The position numbers and the translations under genes are program-made. Positions 38,121 through 51,174 of a DNA stretch of 64,000 nt are shown in pieces. The notes beneath the pieces were generated by a model that had not been told where the DNA came from, searched no databases, and was given only the letters and a program-made list of their open reading frames with translations. Position 1 is the stretch's first letter. Every line of letters begins with the position of its first letter. The DNA is from Octopus sinensis (taxonomy: Eukaryota), in assembly GCF_006345805.1 (NCBI RefSeq), contig NC_043014.1:7006001-7070000 (forward strand), read 5' to 3'.

Positions 38121-38429
38121 CACAGTGATCACCGTGACCGACCAGGCTATCAGATGTTGTTACACATCGCTGGTCACAATGCACTTCGCATTGCTTTAGC
38201 CTTGAAATGACACCACCCCGCTGGCTAAGTGAGCAGGCCAACAGAAGAAAGAGTGAGAGAAAGTTGTGGCGAAAGAGTACAGCAGGGACTGCGAACAACC
38301 CCTGCTGGAGCCTCGTGGAGCTTTAGGTGTTTTCGCTCAATAAACACTCACAACGCCCGGTCTGGGAATCGAAACCGCGATCCTACGACCGCGAGTCCGC
38401 TGCCTTAACCACTAGGCCATTGCGCCTCC
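38121..38429 (-). mobile_element. tRNA-derived SINE with the same head as 24186 and a different 3' tail
   Basis: About 190-bp 5' region nearly identical to 24186-24375, followed by an unrelated tail. Confidence 0.75.
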
Positions 38430-40759
38430 ACTGCAATATATATATATATATACATATATTCATTCGAGGCCACCTATTACAGAGTAGGCGTCAGATCAGA
38501 AAAATACTGACCTACAAAGTTTATCTTTAAAACTGTGCTGGACTCTTTTTTTCCATCAGACACAAGAGGATTTAAGAAAAAAAAAAAATAAATGAAATGA
38601 AAGAAGAAAAATACACAAACAAAAATGTAAAAAATGACAAAGAAAATCAGAAGATGGAAAAAAACAGAGTTAAGAGAAAAAAGATAACAAGAGAGGTGGT
38701 GGGAGTGGGGAAAATTTCCCAAGACAGGTTTAAGATTAACAACGTGATTATTAAGCTGTTTGGAAATAAATTCTTCTCTATCAGTCTTAAGAATTCTTCA
38801 AGAAAGATTATACTCTTTACTCATTTACTTGTTTCAGTCATTTGACTGTGGCCATGCTGGAGCACCGCCTTTTAGTCGAGCAACTCGAACCCCAGGACTT
38901 ATTCTTTGTAAGCCTAGTACTTATTCTATTGGTCTCTTTAGCCGAACTGCTAAGTCACAGGGACGCAAACACACCAACATCGGTTGTCAAGTGTAGTTGG
39001 GTGGACAGACACACAAACACACACACATATATATATATACACACACACATACATATATACACATACATATATACGACAGGCTTCTTTCAGTTTCCGTCTA
39101 CCAAATCCACTCACAAGTCTGTGGTCGGCCAGAGGCTAAAGTAGAAGACACTTGCCCAAGATGCCACGCAGTGGGACTGAACCTGGAACCATGTGGTTGG
39201 TAAACAAGCTACTTACCACGCGGTGCTCCAGCATGGCCACAGCCAAATGACTGAAACAAGTAATAGAGTGAAAGAGTATGTATCTACATGCGTATAGGTG
39301 CAGGAGTGGCTGTGTGGTAAGTAGCTTGCTTACCAACCACATGGTTCCGGGTTCATTCCCACTGCGTGGCACCTTGGGCAAGTGTCTTCTGCTATAGCCT
39401 TGGGCCAACCAAAGCCTTGTGAGTGGATTTGGTAGATGGAAACTGAAAGAAGCCCGTCGTATATATGTATATATATGTATGTGTGTATATCTTTGTGTGT
39501 CTGTGTTTGTCTCCCACCACCATCGCTCGACAACCGATGCTTGTGTGTTTACGTCCCCATAACTTAACGGTTCGGCAAAAGAGACCGATAGAATAAGTAT
39601 CCAAAGAATAAGTCCTGGGGTCGATTGTTCGACTAAAGGTGGTGCTCCAGCATGGCCACAGTCAAATGACTGAAACAAGTAAAAAAAAAAATATATATAT
39701 ATATATATTCTTTTATTCTTTTACTTGTTTCAGACATTTAGCTGCGGCCATGCTGGAGCACAGTCTTTAGTTTCCCCCCCAACATCGCTTGACAACCGAT
39801 GGTGGTGTGTTTACGTCCCCGTCACTTAGCGGTTCGGCAAAAAAGACCGATAGAATAAGTACTAGGTATCCAAAGAATAAGTCCTGGGGTCGATTTGTTC
39901 AACTAAAGGCGGTGCTCCAGCATGGCCACAGTCAAATGACTGAAACAAGTAAAAAATAAATATATATATATATATATATTCTTTTATTCTTTTACTTGTT
40001 TCAGACATTTAGCTGCGGCCATGCTGGAGCACTGTCTTTAGCCCCCCCCCCCAACATCGCTTGACAACCGATGCTGGTGTGTTTACGTCCCCGTCACTTA
40101 GCGGTTCGGCAAAAGAGACCGATAGAATAAGTACTGGGCTTACAAAGAATAAGTCCTGGGAGTCGATTTGCTCGACTAAAGGCGGTGCTCCAGCATGGCC
40201 GCAGTCAAAATGACTGAAACAAGTAAAAGAGAGAAAGAGTAAAGAGAGGAGTGTGCATGTGTATGCGAGTGTCACTACTTGCCTGGACATCATGGAACAG
40301 TTGTAAACGAGTGCCACTGTCATACAAGCAGTGTGTGATTCCATTCATTTCCAATCATTCACGAAGACATGTCTGTCAGGGGGTGGGGTGGGGGTGAATG
40401 TTGGCTTGCTTGGGAACAGATGAGGGTTAGTGACAGGAGAGGCATCCAGCTGTGGAAAATCTGCTGGAACGGACTTCTGCCCAACATCATGCAAGCGTGG
40501 AAAAGTGGACATTAAATGATGATGATGATAAGCAGTGGTAGGGGCGAGGGGGAACGCTAATAAGAGGGGCGAGGGGGAACGTAAGATGTGAGGATGTGCG
40601 TGTGTGCAGGATTGGCAGCGGTGGGAGTAGTGGTAGAAGTGATGGTGGTTGTAGTGGAAGGAGGCTGAACTCATAAAAATGATGAAGTGTTCATGAGGAG
40701 CGGGATGAGGTGAGAGTTTGCCATAAAGGGGAGGGGAACGAAGCAGAGAGAGAAAGGAG

Positions 40760-40766
40760 TAGAAAG

Positions 40767-40803
<37 letters not shown>

Positions 40804-40852
40804 CAGAGAAAGAGGAAAAGAGAGATAAAGAGAGAGAGAGAGAAAGGCAGAG

Positions 40853-40888
<36 letters not shown>

Positions 40889-41068
40889 GAGAGAAGCAGA
40901 GAAAGAGGAAAAGAGAGAGATAGAGAGAGAGAGGGGAGAGGAACAGAGAAAGAGGAAAAGAGAGATAGAGAGAGAGAGAGAGAGAGGAGTAGAGAGAAAA
41001 ATAGAGAGGGAAATAGAATAGAGGAGCAGAGAGAGAGGAGAGGAGCAGAGAAAGAGGAAAAGAGAGAT

Positions 41069-41116
<48 letters not shown>

Positions 41117-41260
41117 AAGACAGAGAGAGAGAAAGAAAGAGAAAGATAGGAGCAGAGAAAGAGGAAAAGAGAGATAGAGAGAGAGAAGTAGAGAAAGACA
41201 GAGAGGGAAATAGAATAGAGGAGCAGAGAGAGAGGAGAGGAGCAGAAAGACAGTCAGAGA

Positions 41261-41324
<64 letters not shown>

Positions 41325-41335
41325 AAGCAGAGTGA
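40760..41335 (+). repeat. Polypurine (GA)n-type composite microsatellite
   Basis: About 570 bp of almost only A and G, with recurring gagcagagaaagaggaaaagagagatag units. Confidence 0.9.
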
Positions 41336-41366
41336 ATGGAAGACAGAGAATCCGAATAGAGAGAAG

Positions 41367-43656
41367 TGCAGTGTTATTCAAAAAGAATAAACTGATTTCA
41401 TTATGCAATATTTTAATAAGGAAAAGCAATCGAAAAAAACTCCAGCTAATTCCCAAGTATTTACTCACAAACAACTTTTATTTCCTGTCTTACAGGTGTT
41501 CAACGTGGCCACCACCTGCAGCACAGGTAATATCAATGCGATAAAAAAACTCCTCCCAGGTGTGTATCAGCATGCCACGATCCACTGAGTTGATCACTGT
41601 TGTTATTCGATGAGTGTGGGTTTTTTTTTCTTGTGGGGATCATCATCATCATCATCATCATCATCGTTTAACGTCCGTTCTCCATGCTAGCATGGGTTGG
41701 ATGGTTCAACTGGGGTCTAGGCAGCCCGAAGGCTGCACCAGGCTCCAGTCAGATCTGGCAGTGTTTCTACAGCTGGGTGCTCTTCCAAATGCCAACCACT
41801 CCAAGAATGTAATGGGTGCATTTTATGTGCCACCGGTACAGGTGTCACTTATGTGACACTGGCACCGGCCACAGCTATGCTCTTACCTGGCTTGACACAG
41901 CATATCATTAAAGGTTTCAGCCACTTGTCACCTCCATTATGCCCCCATCATCATCATCATCGTTTAACGTCCACTTTCCATGCTAGCATGGGCTGGATGG
42001 TTCAACTGGGGTCTGGGAAGCCCAAAGGCTGCACCAGGCTCCAGCCAGATCTGGCAGTGTTTCTACAGCTGGATGCCCTTCCTAACGCGAACCACTCCGT
42101 GAGTGTAGTGGGTGCTTTTTATGTGCCACCGACACAGGTGCCAGACGAGGCTGGCGAATGTCCACGCTCGGATAGTGTTTTTTATGTGCCACCGAAACAG
42201 GTACCAGACGAGGCTGGCAGACGGCCACGCTCGGATGGTGCTTTTTACGTGCCACCGACACAGGTGCCAGACGAGGCTGGCGAACGGCCATGCTCGGATG
42301 GTGCTTTTTACGTGCCACCGGCACAGAGGCCGGGCGAGGCTGGCGAACGGCCACGATCAGATGGTGTTTGTTACGTGCCACTGTCACAGAGGTCAGGTGA
42401 GGCTGGCGAACGGTCACGACCGGATGGTGTTTGTTACGTGCCACCAGCACGGAGGCCAGTCGATGCGGTGCTGGCTACGGCCATGTTCGGATGGTTCTCT
42501 TATGTGTCACCGGCACTGGTACCACAAAACTACAAATTCCATTGATGTTCATCGATTTCGATTTTTATTTTATGTAAAAGATCGTGTTTATGTTCCACCC
42601 CACCCACTAACTTGGATGACCGTAAACATTGAATATCAACAGCAATCAACTCAGTGGATCATGATATCCTGATACGCGTCCGGGAGGAATTCTCTTACCG
42701 CATCGACATTACCTGTGCTGCAGGTGGTGGTCACATTGAACACTTGTGAGACAGTAAATAAAAGTTTTATTAAATCTCAGAATGAGATGTAGACAGTAAT
42801 CGCCATCTCAATATGGCTAACCACTAAGGGTGGGTGTTACTGTAGCTTTTAGCCCCAGGAGATCATCGTCTTCAGCTGGCTTTAGGCACACTTTCTGTGC
42901 CCTTATGGTATTTCATAAGGGCACAGATAGTGTGCCTAAAGCCAGCTGGAGACGATGATCTCCTGGGGCTAAAAAGCTACAGTAACACCCACCCTTAGGG
43001 GTTAGCCATATTGAGATGAGTATTATGCTTTACATTAAATTTATCGACTCCGAAAGGATGAAAGGCAAAATCGACCTCTGGGTTCAAATTCCGCCAAGGT
43101 CGACTTTGCCTTTCATCCTTTCGGGGTCGATAAATTAAGTACCAGTGCAGCACTGGAGTCGATATAATCGACTTAATCCCTTTGTTTGTCCCCTCTATGT
43201 TTAGCCCCTTGTAAAGGGTAAAGACCCCCTTCGGTCATGAATGACCATGGGATTGCACCTAGAAAGTTACCCTCCTAGACACAAGTCCGGGCGAGGTTGT
43301 TTATGGAAGACCAGCAGTCGCCCATGCATACCAGCCTCCCCTCTCCACGCCACCAGTGTTATCCAAGGGAAAGACAAAGGTCGATACAGCTTGGCACCTG
43401 TGACGTCGCAACTCATTTCTACAGCTGAGTGAACTGGAGCAACGTGAAATAAAGTGCCTTGCTCGAGAACACAACACGCAGCCCGGTCCGGGATTCGAGC
43501 CCCTTGTGGGTAGTAAAGAAATATATACTTTACATTAAATAAAAGTTTATTGTGAGTAAATACTTGGGACTTAGCTGGAGTTTCCTTTGATTGCTTTTCC
43601 TTATTAAAATATTGCATAATTAAACTGGTTCATTAAAAAAAAAAATAGTCCTGTAT
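41367..43656. mobile_element. Tc1/mariner-superfamily relic made of two inverted 3' ends with nested repeats
   Basis: 42648-42749 encodes NSVDHDILIRVREEFSYRIDITCAAGGGHIEHL*; its reverse complement lies at about 41490-41600; the terminal segments are also mirrored. Confidence 0.6.
42804..43018. repeat. Near-perfect palindrome with about 104-bp arms and a 6-bp loop
   Basis: catctcaatatggctaacc...ccttatg gtattt cataagg...ggttagccatattgagatg. Confidence 0.9.
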
Positions 43657-46600
43657 TAAGATATAAATACAGTAAAATGTAAAATTAAAAAAAAATAACC
43701 CAAAACAAACAGAAAAGAGAAAACAAGGAAAGATAACTCATATATATCAAAATAGTTCAAATGAGCAATTTTTACTGTTTCAACTGCAACCGTTAAATGC
43801 ACCTTGAATGCACTCCAAATGCATTTATAAGATAGATCAGTGATTATAAGGATGATGTAGGTGCACTGAAGTTAGTTAAAATTAGAAAACTGAAGACATA
43901 CGCACACATACAATTAATTCTAAAGCAATCATGGGTTAATTAACAAAATAAATAAATTAAAAAAAAGCAATACAGCAACAACAAGAATAAAAGCCAGACA
44001 GGCAACAACAACAACAATAACAACAACAACAACAGCGGCAAAAGCAGAAGTGAAACCAACAACATCAAATAGAGGAAAACCCCTATGTGGTTATTCAACA
44101 TGCTAGAAATAGCAATCAAACGACACGTTAGTGTTTTTTTTATGAAAACTACTTTAGATAATGTAAACAAACTAAGTCTGAACAAAAAATAAAATAAAAT
44201 AAAATAAAAAAAAAGGAACAGGCAGGATGGTCACGGTTGGAACATATGCAGTGAAAGCCAATGATAACAAGGATTCTTTCTAATTTTGGCACAAGGCCAG
44301 CAATTTTAAAGGGAAGGAGCTTGTGCGTTACATCGAATCCAGTATTTGACTGGTTCTTGCAGTGGACCTGACACAGTAGTGATTCTGCTAGCTTGTTGAC
44401 TACTACTACTACTACTACTACTACTATTGCTGCTGCTGCTACTACTATTACTACTACTACTGCTGCTGCTACTATTACTACTACTATAACTACTACTAAT
44501 GCTGCTAATATTACTACTACTACCACTACTATTGCTGCTGCAACAACAACAACAACTACTACTACTACTACTAATAATAATGGTTTCAAATTTATTTTGG
44601 GGGGATAGTCGATACATCGATTCCCCAGTGCGTAACTGGTACTTAATTTATCGACCCCGAAAGGATGAAAGGCAAAGTCGACCTCGGCGGAATTCGCAAT
44701 CTCTAACTTTCTTGGAATATATATATATATATATATAAAGCATGATTTATTTGCAATCAGAGTTGTTCAAAAACCGAGGCACTGCTGTAGTCTCTACACT
44801 GGGAATGGAGTAGGGATTGTCAAAAGCATTTCAGGGGCAGTAATATAGCTGAGGAGGGGACAGAAGCAAGAGCAGTCTGCCCAGAGCGATGCTTTTATTT
44901 GGGGCAACAGTTTGGGGTCTGCTGTATAAGCCTGTATAGAATTGGGGACCTGAGAGAGTTGGAGAGGGAAAACACAATCAGAGCTACATCAGTGCCCTAA
45001 AACCCTTTTTTATTTTTGCACTTGCGGTACACTTATATTCTTTGCAGAATTCAGCAGCAGACCTGGACTAAGAATTGGGCCAAAAATTATATTCAGGTTA
45101 CACCGCGACACACCTAACATTGTTTTGTGGCACATCTGTGTACTGAGGCATACTGGTTGCAGAGAACTGAACTACAGCACTTCAAAGGAGGGCAGGAGCG
45201 GGTGTTAAACCTGGAAATGGATTAGATCTGCTATTTAATCTGACACCACCCAAACAACTCGACCATACTCACACACAAAAGCACAACTATCATCATCATC
45301 ATCATCATCATCGTTTAACATCTGTTTTCCATGCTAGCATGGGTTGGACGGTTCAACTGGGGTCTGTAAAGCCAGAAGGCTGTACTAGGCTCCAGTCTGA
45401 TCTGGCAGTGTTTCTACAGCTGGATGCCCTTCCTAACGCCAACCACTCCGTGAGTGTAGTGGGTGCTTTTTACGTGCCACCCGCACAGGTGCCAGACGGA
45501 GCTGGCAAACGGCCATGGACGGATGGTGCTTTTTACGTGCCACCGGCATGGGGGCCAGGCGTGGCTGGAAACGGCCACGATCGGACAATGTTTTTTACGT
45601 GCCACTGGCACGGGGGCCAGGCGAGGCTGGCAACGGCCACGATTGGATGGTGCTTTTACGTGCCACCGGCACGGGGGCCAGGCAAGGCTGGCAACAGCAG
45701 TGTCTGAAAACAATGAGGCGAATACAAATATCAAATGTATTTTGTTATGTGGGTCTCTCTAGTGACAAGTATTGCATGGTATGGAATTGTTGTTTGTTTT
45801 CCTGATTGGCATGTGAAAAAACATTCGTGCGAGGTCGTTGCAAGTGCCGCTGGAGTGGCTCCTGTGCAGGTGACACATAAAAAGCACCATTTGAGCATGG
45901 CTGTTGCCGGTACCGCCTGACTGGCCCTCATGCCGGCGGGACGTAAAAGCACCCACTTCACTCTCGGAGTGGTTGTTGTTAAGCAACAAGACGAGTAAGG
46001 GTGATTAGGTGATGGTCTAGGGCTTAGGGGCGGGAGACCCCAGACCTTGGAAAGAAAGAAAGAAACTTTGGTCATCTTGTTGTAGTCGAGGGCTCTTCGT
46101 TGACGCCTGACACCACTGGGAGGTAGCCCTCGAAGTCGCTGGAAATGGAGATCTCCAGGTCCAAATTCTTGAATGGCCCCACTACACTCTTGGAGTGGTT
46201 GGCGTTAGGAAGGGCATCAAGCTGTAGACACTCTGCCAGATCAGATTGGAGTCTGGTGTAGCCATCTGGTTCGCCAGACCTCAGTCAAATTATCCAACTC
46301 ATGCTAGCATGGAAAGTGGACGTTAAACGATGATGATAATGATTGAGCAGATCTGTGACCAAATGCATTCCAACCATGGCGATCCTGACTTTTTGTAATC
46401 AAAGGTTGTTGTGTTCCCTGCACTACAGTATCTAAAGTGGTCCTCTTTTTTTAAAAAAGAGAGTAAGGTGTGATTTGAATGAGATTAAGCTGCTATTTAT
46501 AGCCAATTGCACAATCATGAAGAATGTGTTAACAAGAACAGGTTGGCCTTGATCTGGATATCTTGTCTCAAATTACAGTGGAAAATTTTGTTTTTGATAC

Positions 46601-47053
46601 CACATCACGTTTTTACCCCATGTTATACATTGCAAGATATATATATATTTACACAGGAAATTATGCATACATCACCATCATCCCTTAATGTCCATCTTCA
46701 ATACTAGCATGGGTTGGATGATTTTACAAGATCTAATGAGCTAGAGGTCTGTGTTGAGCTCCAGTGCCATCTTTGGCAGGGTTTCTATGGCTGGATGCCC
46801 TTTCTAAAGCCACCCGCTTTGCAGAGGGTATTGGGTGCTTTTTTCTGTGACACTAACACAAGTGATGGAGCCAAATTACTTACAAGACAAGGAAAAAGAC
46901 CCTTCGACTGATCTGAGTTGTAGTAGGGAGGGAGATGAAATTATGCCCCGTGTAGGGAGGCAAAAATATGATGGACAGAAATCTACGGGTACCTTGTATA
47001 GAGGAGACAGCTTTAGCTTGTTACTTAATTCCTCGTATTCCATATGGAACCAA

Positions 47054-47091
<38 letters not shown>

Positions 47092-48189
47092 GGCCGTTGC
47101 CAGCCTCGCCTGGCCCTCGTGCCGGTGGCACGTAAAAAGCACCATCCGACCGTGGCCGTTTGCCAGCCTCCTCTGGCCCCTGTGCCAGTGGCACGTAAAA
47201 AGCACCCACTACACTCACGGAGTGGTTGGCGTTAGGAAGGGCATCCAGCTGTAGAAACACTGCCAGATCAGATTGGAGCCTGATGCAGCCTCCTGGCTTC
47301 CCAGACCCTGGTCGAACTGTCCAACCCATGCTAGCATGGAAAATGGACGTTAAACGATGATGATGATGAGATATATTTTCTGTTGTGTCTGGGGAGAGTC
47401 ATTTTCTTGTTGTGCTTTCTAATTTTACACATTCACCGGTAAAATTTCCACTTACTCTTTATTTTTATTTTCCTAAAATTTTTGTTGGAAATTTTACCAG
47501 CGAGTGTGTTAAATTATAAGGCACAAAAAGAAAATGACTCTCCCCAGACACAACAGAATATGCTTCAACACACGTACTCACATAAAGAATCTTGTAAACC
47601 AAATCCCAAAATGAAATATATATATATGTACTGGCGCAGGAGTGGCTGTGTGGTAAGTAGCTTGTTTATCAACCACAAGGTTCCGGGTTCAGTCCCACTG
47701 CGTGGCACCTTAGGCAAGTGTCTTCTACTATAGCCTCGGGCCGACCAAAGCCTTGTGAGTGGATTTGGTAGACGGAAACTGAAAGAAGCCCGTCGTATAT
47801 ATGTATATATATATATATATGTGTGTGTGTGTTTGTCCCCCTAGCATTGCTTGACAACCGATGCTGTTGTGTTTATGTCCCCGTCACGTAGCGGTTCGGC
47901 AAAAGAGACCGATAGAATAAGTACTGGGCTTACAAAAGAATAAGTCCCGGGGTCGAGTTGCTCGATTAAAGGCGGTGCTCCAGCATGGCCGCAGTCAAAT
48001 GACTGAAACAAGTAAAAGAAAGAGAAAGATATATATATATATATATATCAGTAATATTAATTCTAAATTTTAGCACAAGACTTGAGGTTTGGTGGAAGGT
48101 GGGGGTAGTCGATTGCATTGCCCCCCCCCTGCTCAACTGGTATTTATTTTTTCAACTCTGAAAGAATGAAAGGCAAAATCAACCCCAGA

Positions 48190-48500
48190 GTGGAATTTGA
48201 ACTCAGAACTGCAGGAGGTCAGGCCTCTTCCCAGCTCAACTCCTCAGCATTTAGATCCTTCAGAACTGCCCTTATTAATAGGTGTCCACGTTTCCTTTAT
48301 CCATCTCCTGGCTTCCAATTGAGGGAGAGCTGTGTGTGTCTTTGTTGATTGCATTCTAAAGACATGTCCAAGAGACCTCAGACAATGATCTTTCTTGGCC
48401 AGGTAAGGTGTGAGTTGAGGGAGACTTGGCTGATTATTTCTAGCAAACTGAGCTACCACATAGAAGTTCCATCTCTGCTTAGCAATTGGTGAAGAGTTAG
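48190..48500 (-). mobile_element. Highly degenerate LINE C-terminal relic
   Basis: LRSLGHVFRM...TW resembles the RTE/CR1 motif LRWLGHV.RM. Confidence 0.4.
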
Positions 48501-48789
48501 AGAGAAGAAATAGTATGTTTGTAAGCCAATGGTTTTATGTTTGTGTCGGTGAGTAAGTGCTTACGAAATCAACAAAATGGTCTTTGTTTTCTTAAGGTCA
48601 AGGATGTGCGTGCATATGCACATGTGTTGTATAACTCCTGCAACGCTGACCTAGATACATGAGGAGGGCTTTTAATGTGGCGCATTTCAAGTTTTATATC
48701 TGATTGGTCGGTTAGTAATTGACCTCAGCTAAAGCATTTCTAAGTGCTGAGGACGACAACCTAGGCATAAAATGAAGCCTATTGCTTGT

Positions 48790-49482
48790 GCAGGAGTTTG
48801 TGTGTGTGCGAGTGTGTGTGTGTATGTGTGTGAGTGAGTGTGTGTATGAGTGAGTGTGTGTGTATGTGAGTATAAGTGTGTTAGTGTGTGTGTGAGTATA
48901 AGTGTGTTAGTGTGTGTGTGAGTGAGTGTGTGTGTGTGAGAGTGAGTGTGTGTGCGTGTATGAGTGAGTGTGTGTGTGAGTGTGAGTCTATGAGTGAGTG
49001 TGTGTGTATGAGTGAGTGTGTGTGAGTGAGTGTGTGAGTGTGCATGTATGAGTGAGTGTGTGTGTATGAGTGAGTGTGTGTGTGAGAGTGAGTGTGTGTG
49101 TGAGTGAGTGTGTATGTGTGAGTGTGTGTGTATGAGTGAGTGAGTGTGTGTGAGTGAGTGTGAGTGTGTGTATGAATGAGTGTGTGTGAGTATGAGTGAG
49201 TGAGTGTGTGTGTGTGAGTGAGTGTGTGTATGAATGAGTGTGTGTGAGTATGAGTGAGTGTGTGAGAGTGTGTGTGTGAACGAGTGTGTGTGTATGAGTG
49301 AGTGAGTGTGTGTGAGTGAGTGTGAGTGTGTGTATGAATGAGTGTGTGTGAGTATGAGTGAGTGAGTGTGTGTGTGAGTGAGTGTGTGTATGAATGAGTG
49401 TGTGTGAGTATGAGTGAGTGTGTGAGAGTGTGTGTGTGAACGAGTGTGTGTGTATGAGTGAGTGTGTGTGTGTGTGTGTGTG
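48790..49482 (+). repeat. (GT)n/(GTGA)n composite microsatellite
   Basis: Direct reading of the sequence. Confidence 0.95.
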
Positions 49483-50857
49483 TAGCAGCAACACTATATT
49501 CTTGATATGTAAGCTGTATTGTAATATGGGTCACAATTTTTTTTTTTTGTTATTTGGCTCCAAGTATGGCAGGCTGCATGCCTGGCCGTGAAATGGATGC
49601 AGCGTTTGCTAAGATTTATGGCTGAACTATTGCTTGACAAGATGTTAAAAGGCCCAAAAGTCAAGGTGAAGGGAGTCAGTGCACACAAACCATAGACATA
49701 GTTTTCCCCAATGTTCTGGGGGAAGAGAGAGAAAGAGAGGAAAAGAAGAAGAAAGGGTCACAGTCGGAATTTTTTTGATTATAGATTTTGTTGGATAACG
49801 AATAAAACAAGAACATCCGGAGAGCGCAGACCTCCGCCAAGGCAACACCAACATCCTTGCAATGATTAGTTGGAGATGGTTTTTTAAATGAGAATATCTG
49901 GAATAAACTTGACAGCTTTCACAAATGAGAATACTAAAAATGAACTTGGCCGCTCTCAGAAATTAAGTAAAAAAAAACACAAAAAAAATCCAGAATCCAG
50001 GCGCAGGAGTGGCTGTGTGGTAAGTAGCTTGCTTACCAACCACTCGGTTCCGGGTTCAGTCACACTGCGTGGCACCTTGAGCAAGTGTCTTCTACTATAG
50101 CCTCGGGCCGACCAAAGCCTTGTGAGTGGATTTGGTAGACGGAAACTGAAAGAAGCCTGTCATATATATGTATATATATATATATGCGTGTGTGTTTGTG
50201 TGTCTATGTTTGTCCCCCTAGCATTGCTTGACAACCGATGCTGGTGTGTTTATGTCCCCATTTCTTAGCGGTTCGGCAAAAGAGACCGATAGAATAAGTA
50301 CTGGGCTTACAAAAGAATAAGTCCTGGGGTCGATTTGCTTGATTAAAGGTGGTGCTCCAGCATGGCCACAGTCAACTGACTGAAACAAGTAAAAGAGTAA
50401 AGAGTAATCCTTGTCCGGCACCGGATCGATCCCAAAATCTAATCAGTTCGTGCCAGTCACGAGGCCAAACATCCCTGAAGGTTTCATCCAAATTCATCCA
50501 GAGATTCTGGAGATATTTTGTCCACGGACAAACAAACAAACACGAATGAAAACAATACCGCCGCCTTCGTTAACGTGGAAGTAATTAAAGTGAATAGAAA
50601 TTATTTTCAATGCCTTTGGTTTTCACCAACTTCTTAGCTCTTTGCGTCTTGGATGGTAGAAACCAGAATCGGTAGAATTCTGGACAAAAGGTCTTACATA
50701 AATAGTAACTGTCTAGTAAGAAGTCTGGTTCTCAACCACATGGTTCTGGGTTCAGTCCCACTGTGGAACACCTTGGGCAAGTGACTTCTGCTATAGTTTC
50801 GAGCCAACCAAAGCCTTGTGAGCGGATCTGATAAACAGAAACTGTGTCAAAGCCTGT

Positions 50858-50904
<47 letters not shown>

Positions 50905-51138
50905 CTTTATTACCCACAAGGGGTTAAACATAGAGGGGACAAACAAGGACAGACAAACGGATTAAGTTGATTACATCGACCCCAGTGCGTAACTGGTACT
51001 TAATTTATCGACCCTGAAAGGATGAAAGGCAAAGTCGACCTTGGCGGAATTTGAACTCAGAACGTAATGGCAGACGAAATATGACTACGCATTTCGCCCG
51101 GCGTGCTAACGTTTCTGCCAGCTCACCGCCTTAAGTAG

Positions 51139-51174
<36 letters not shown>

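Noticed and set aside
40671-41474. 267-aa Ser/Leu-rich ORF resembling a membrane protein
   Set aside because: Translation of the (CT)n strand of the polypurine tract
42860-42990. Hammerhead in the arms of the 42804-43018 palindrome (ctgaaga...aaaa)
   Set aside because: No convincing stem II or GAAA; kept only as a palindrome
44149-44738. Poly-V/S/T/L ORFs (also 15167-15430)
   Set aside because: (CTA)n, (CAA)n and (TAG)n trinucleotide microsatellites
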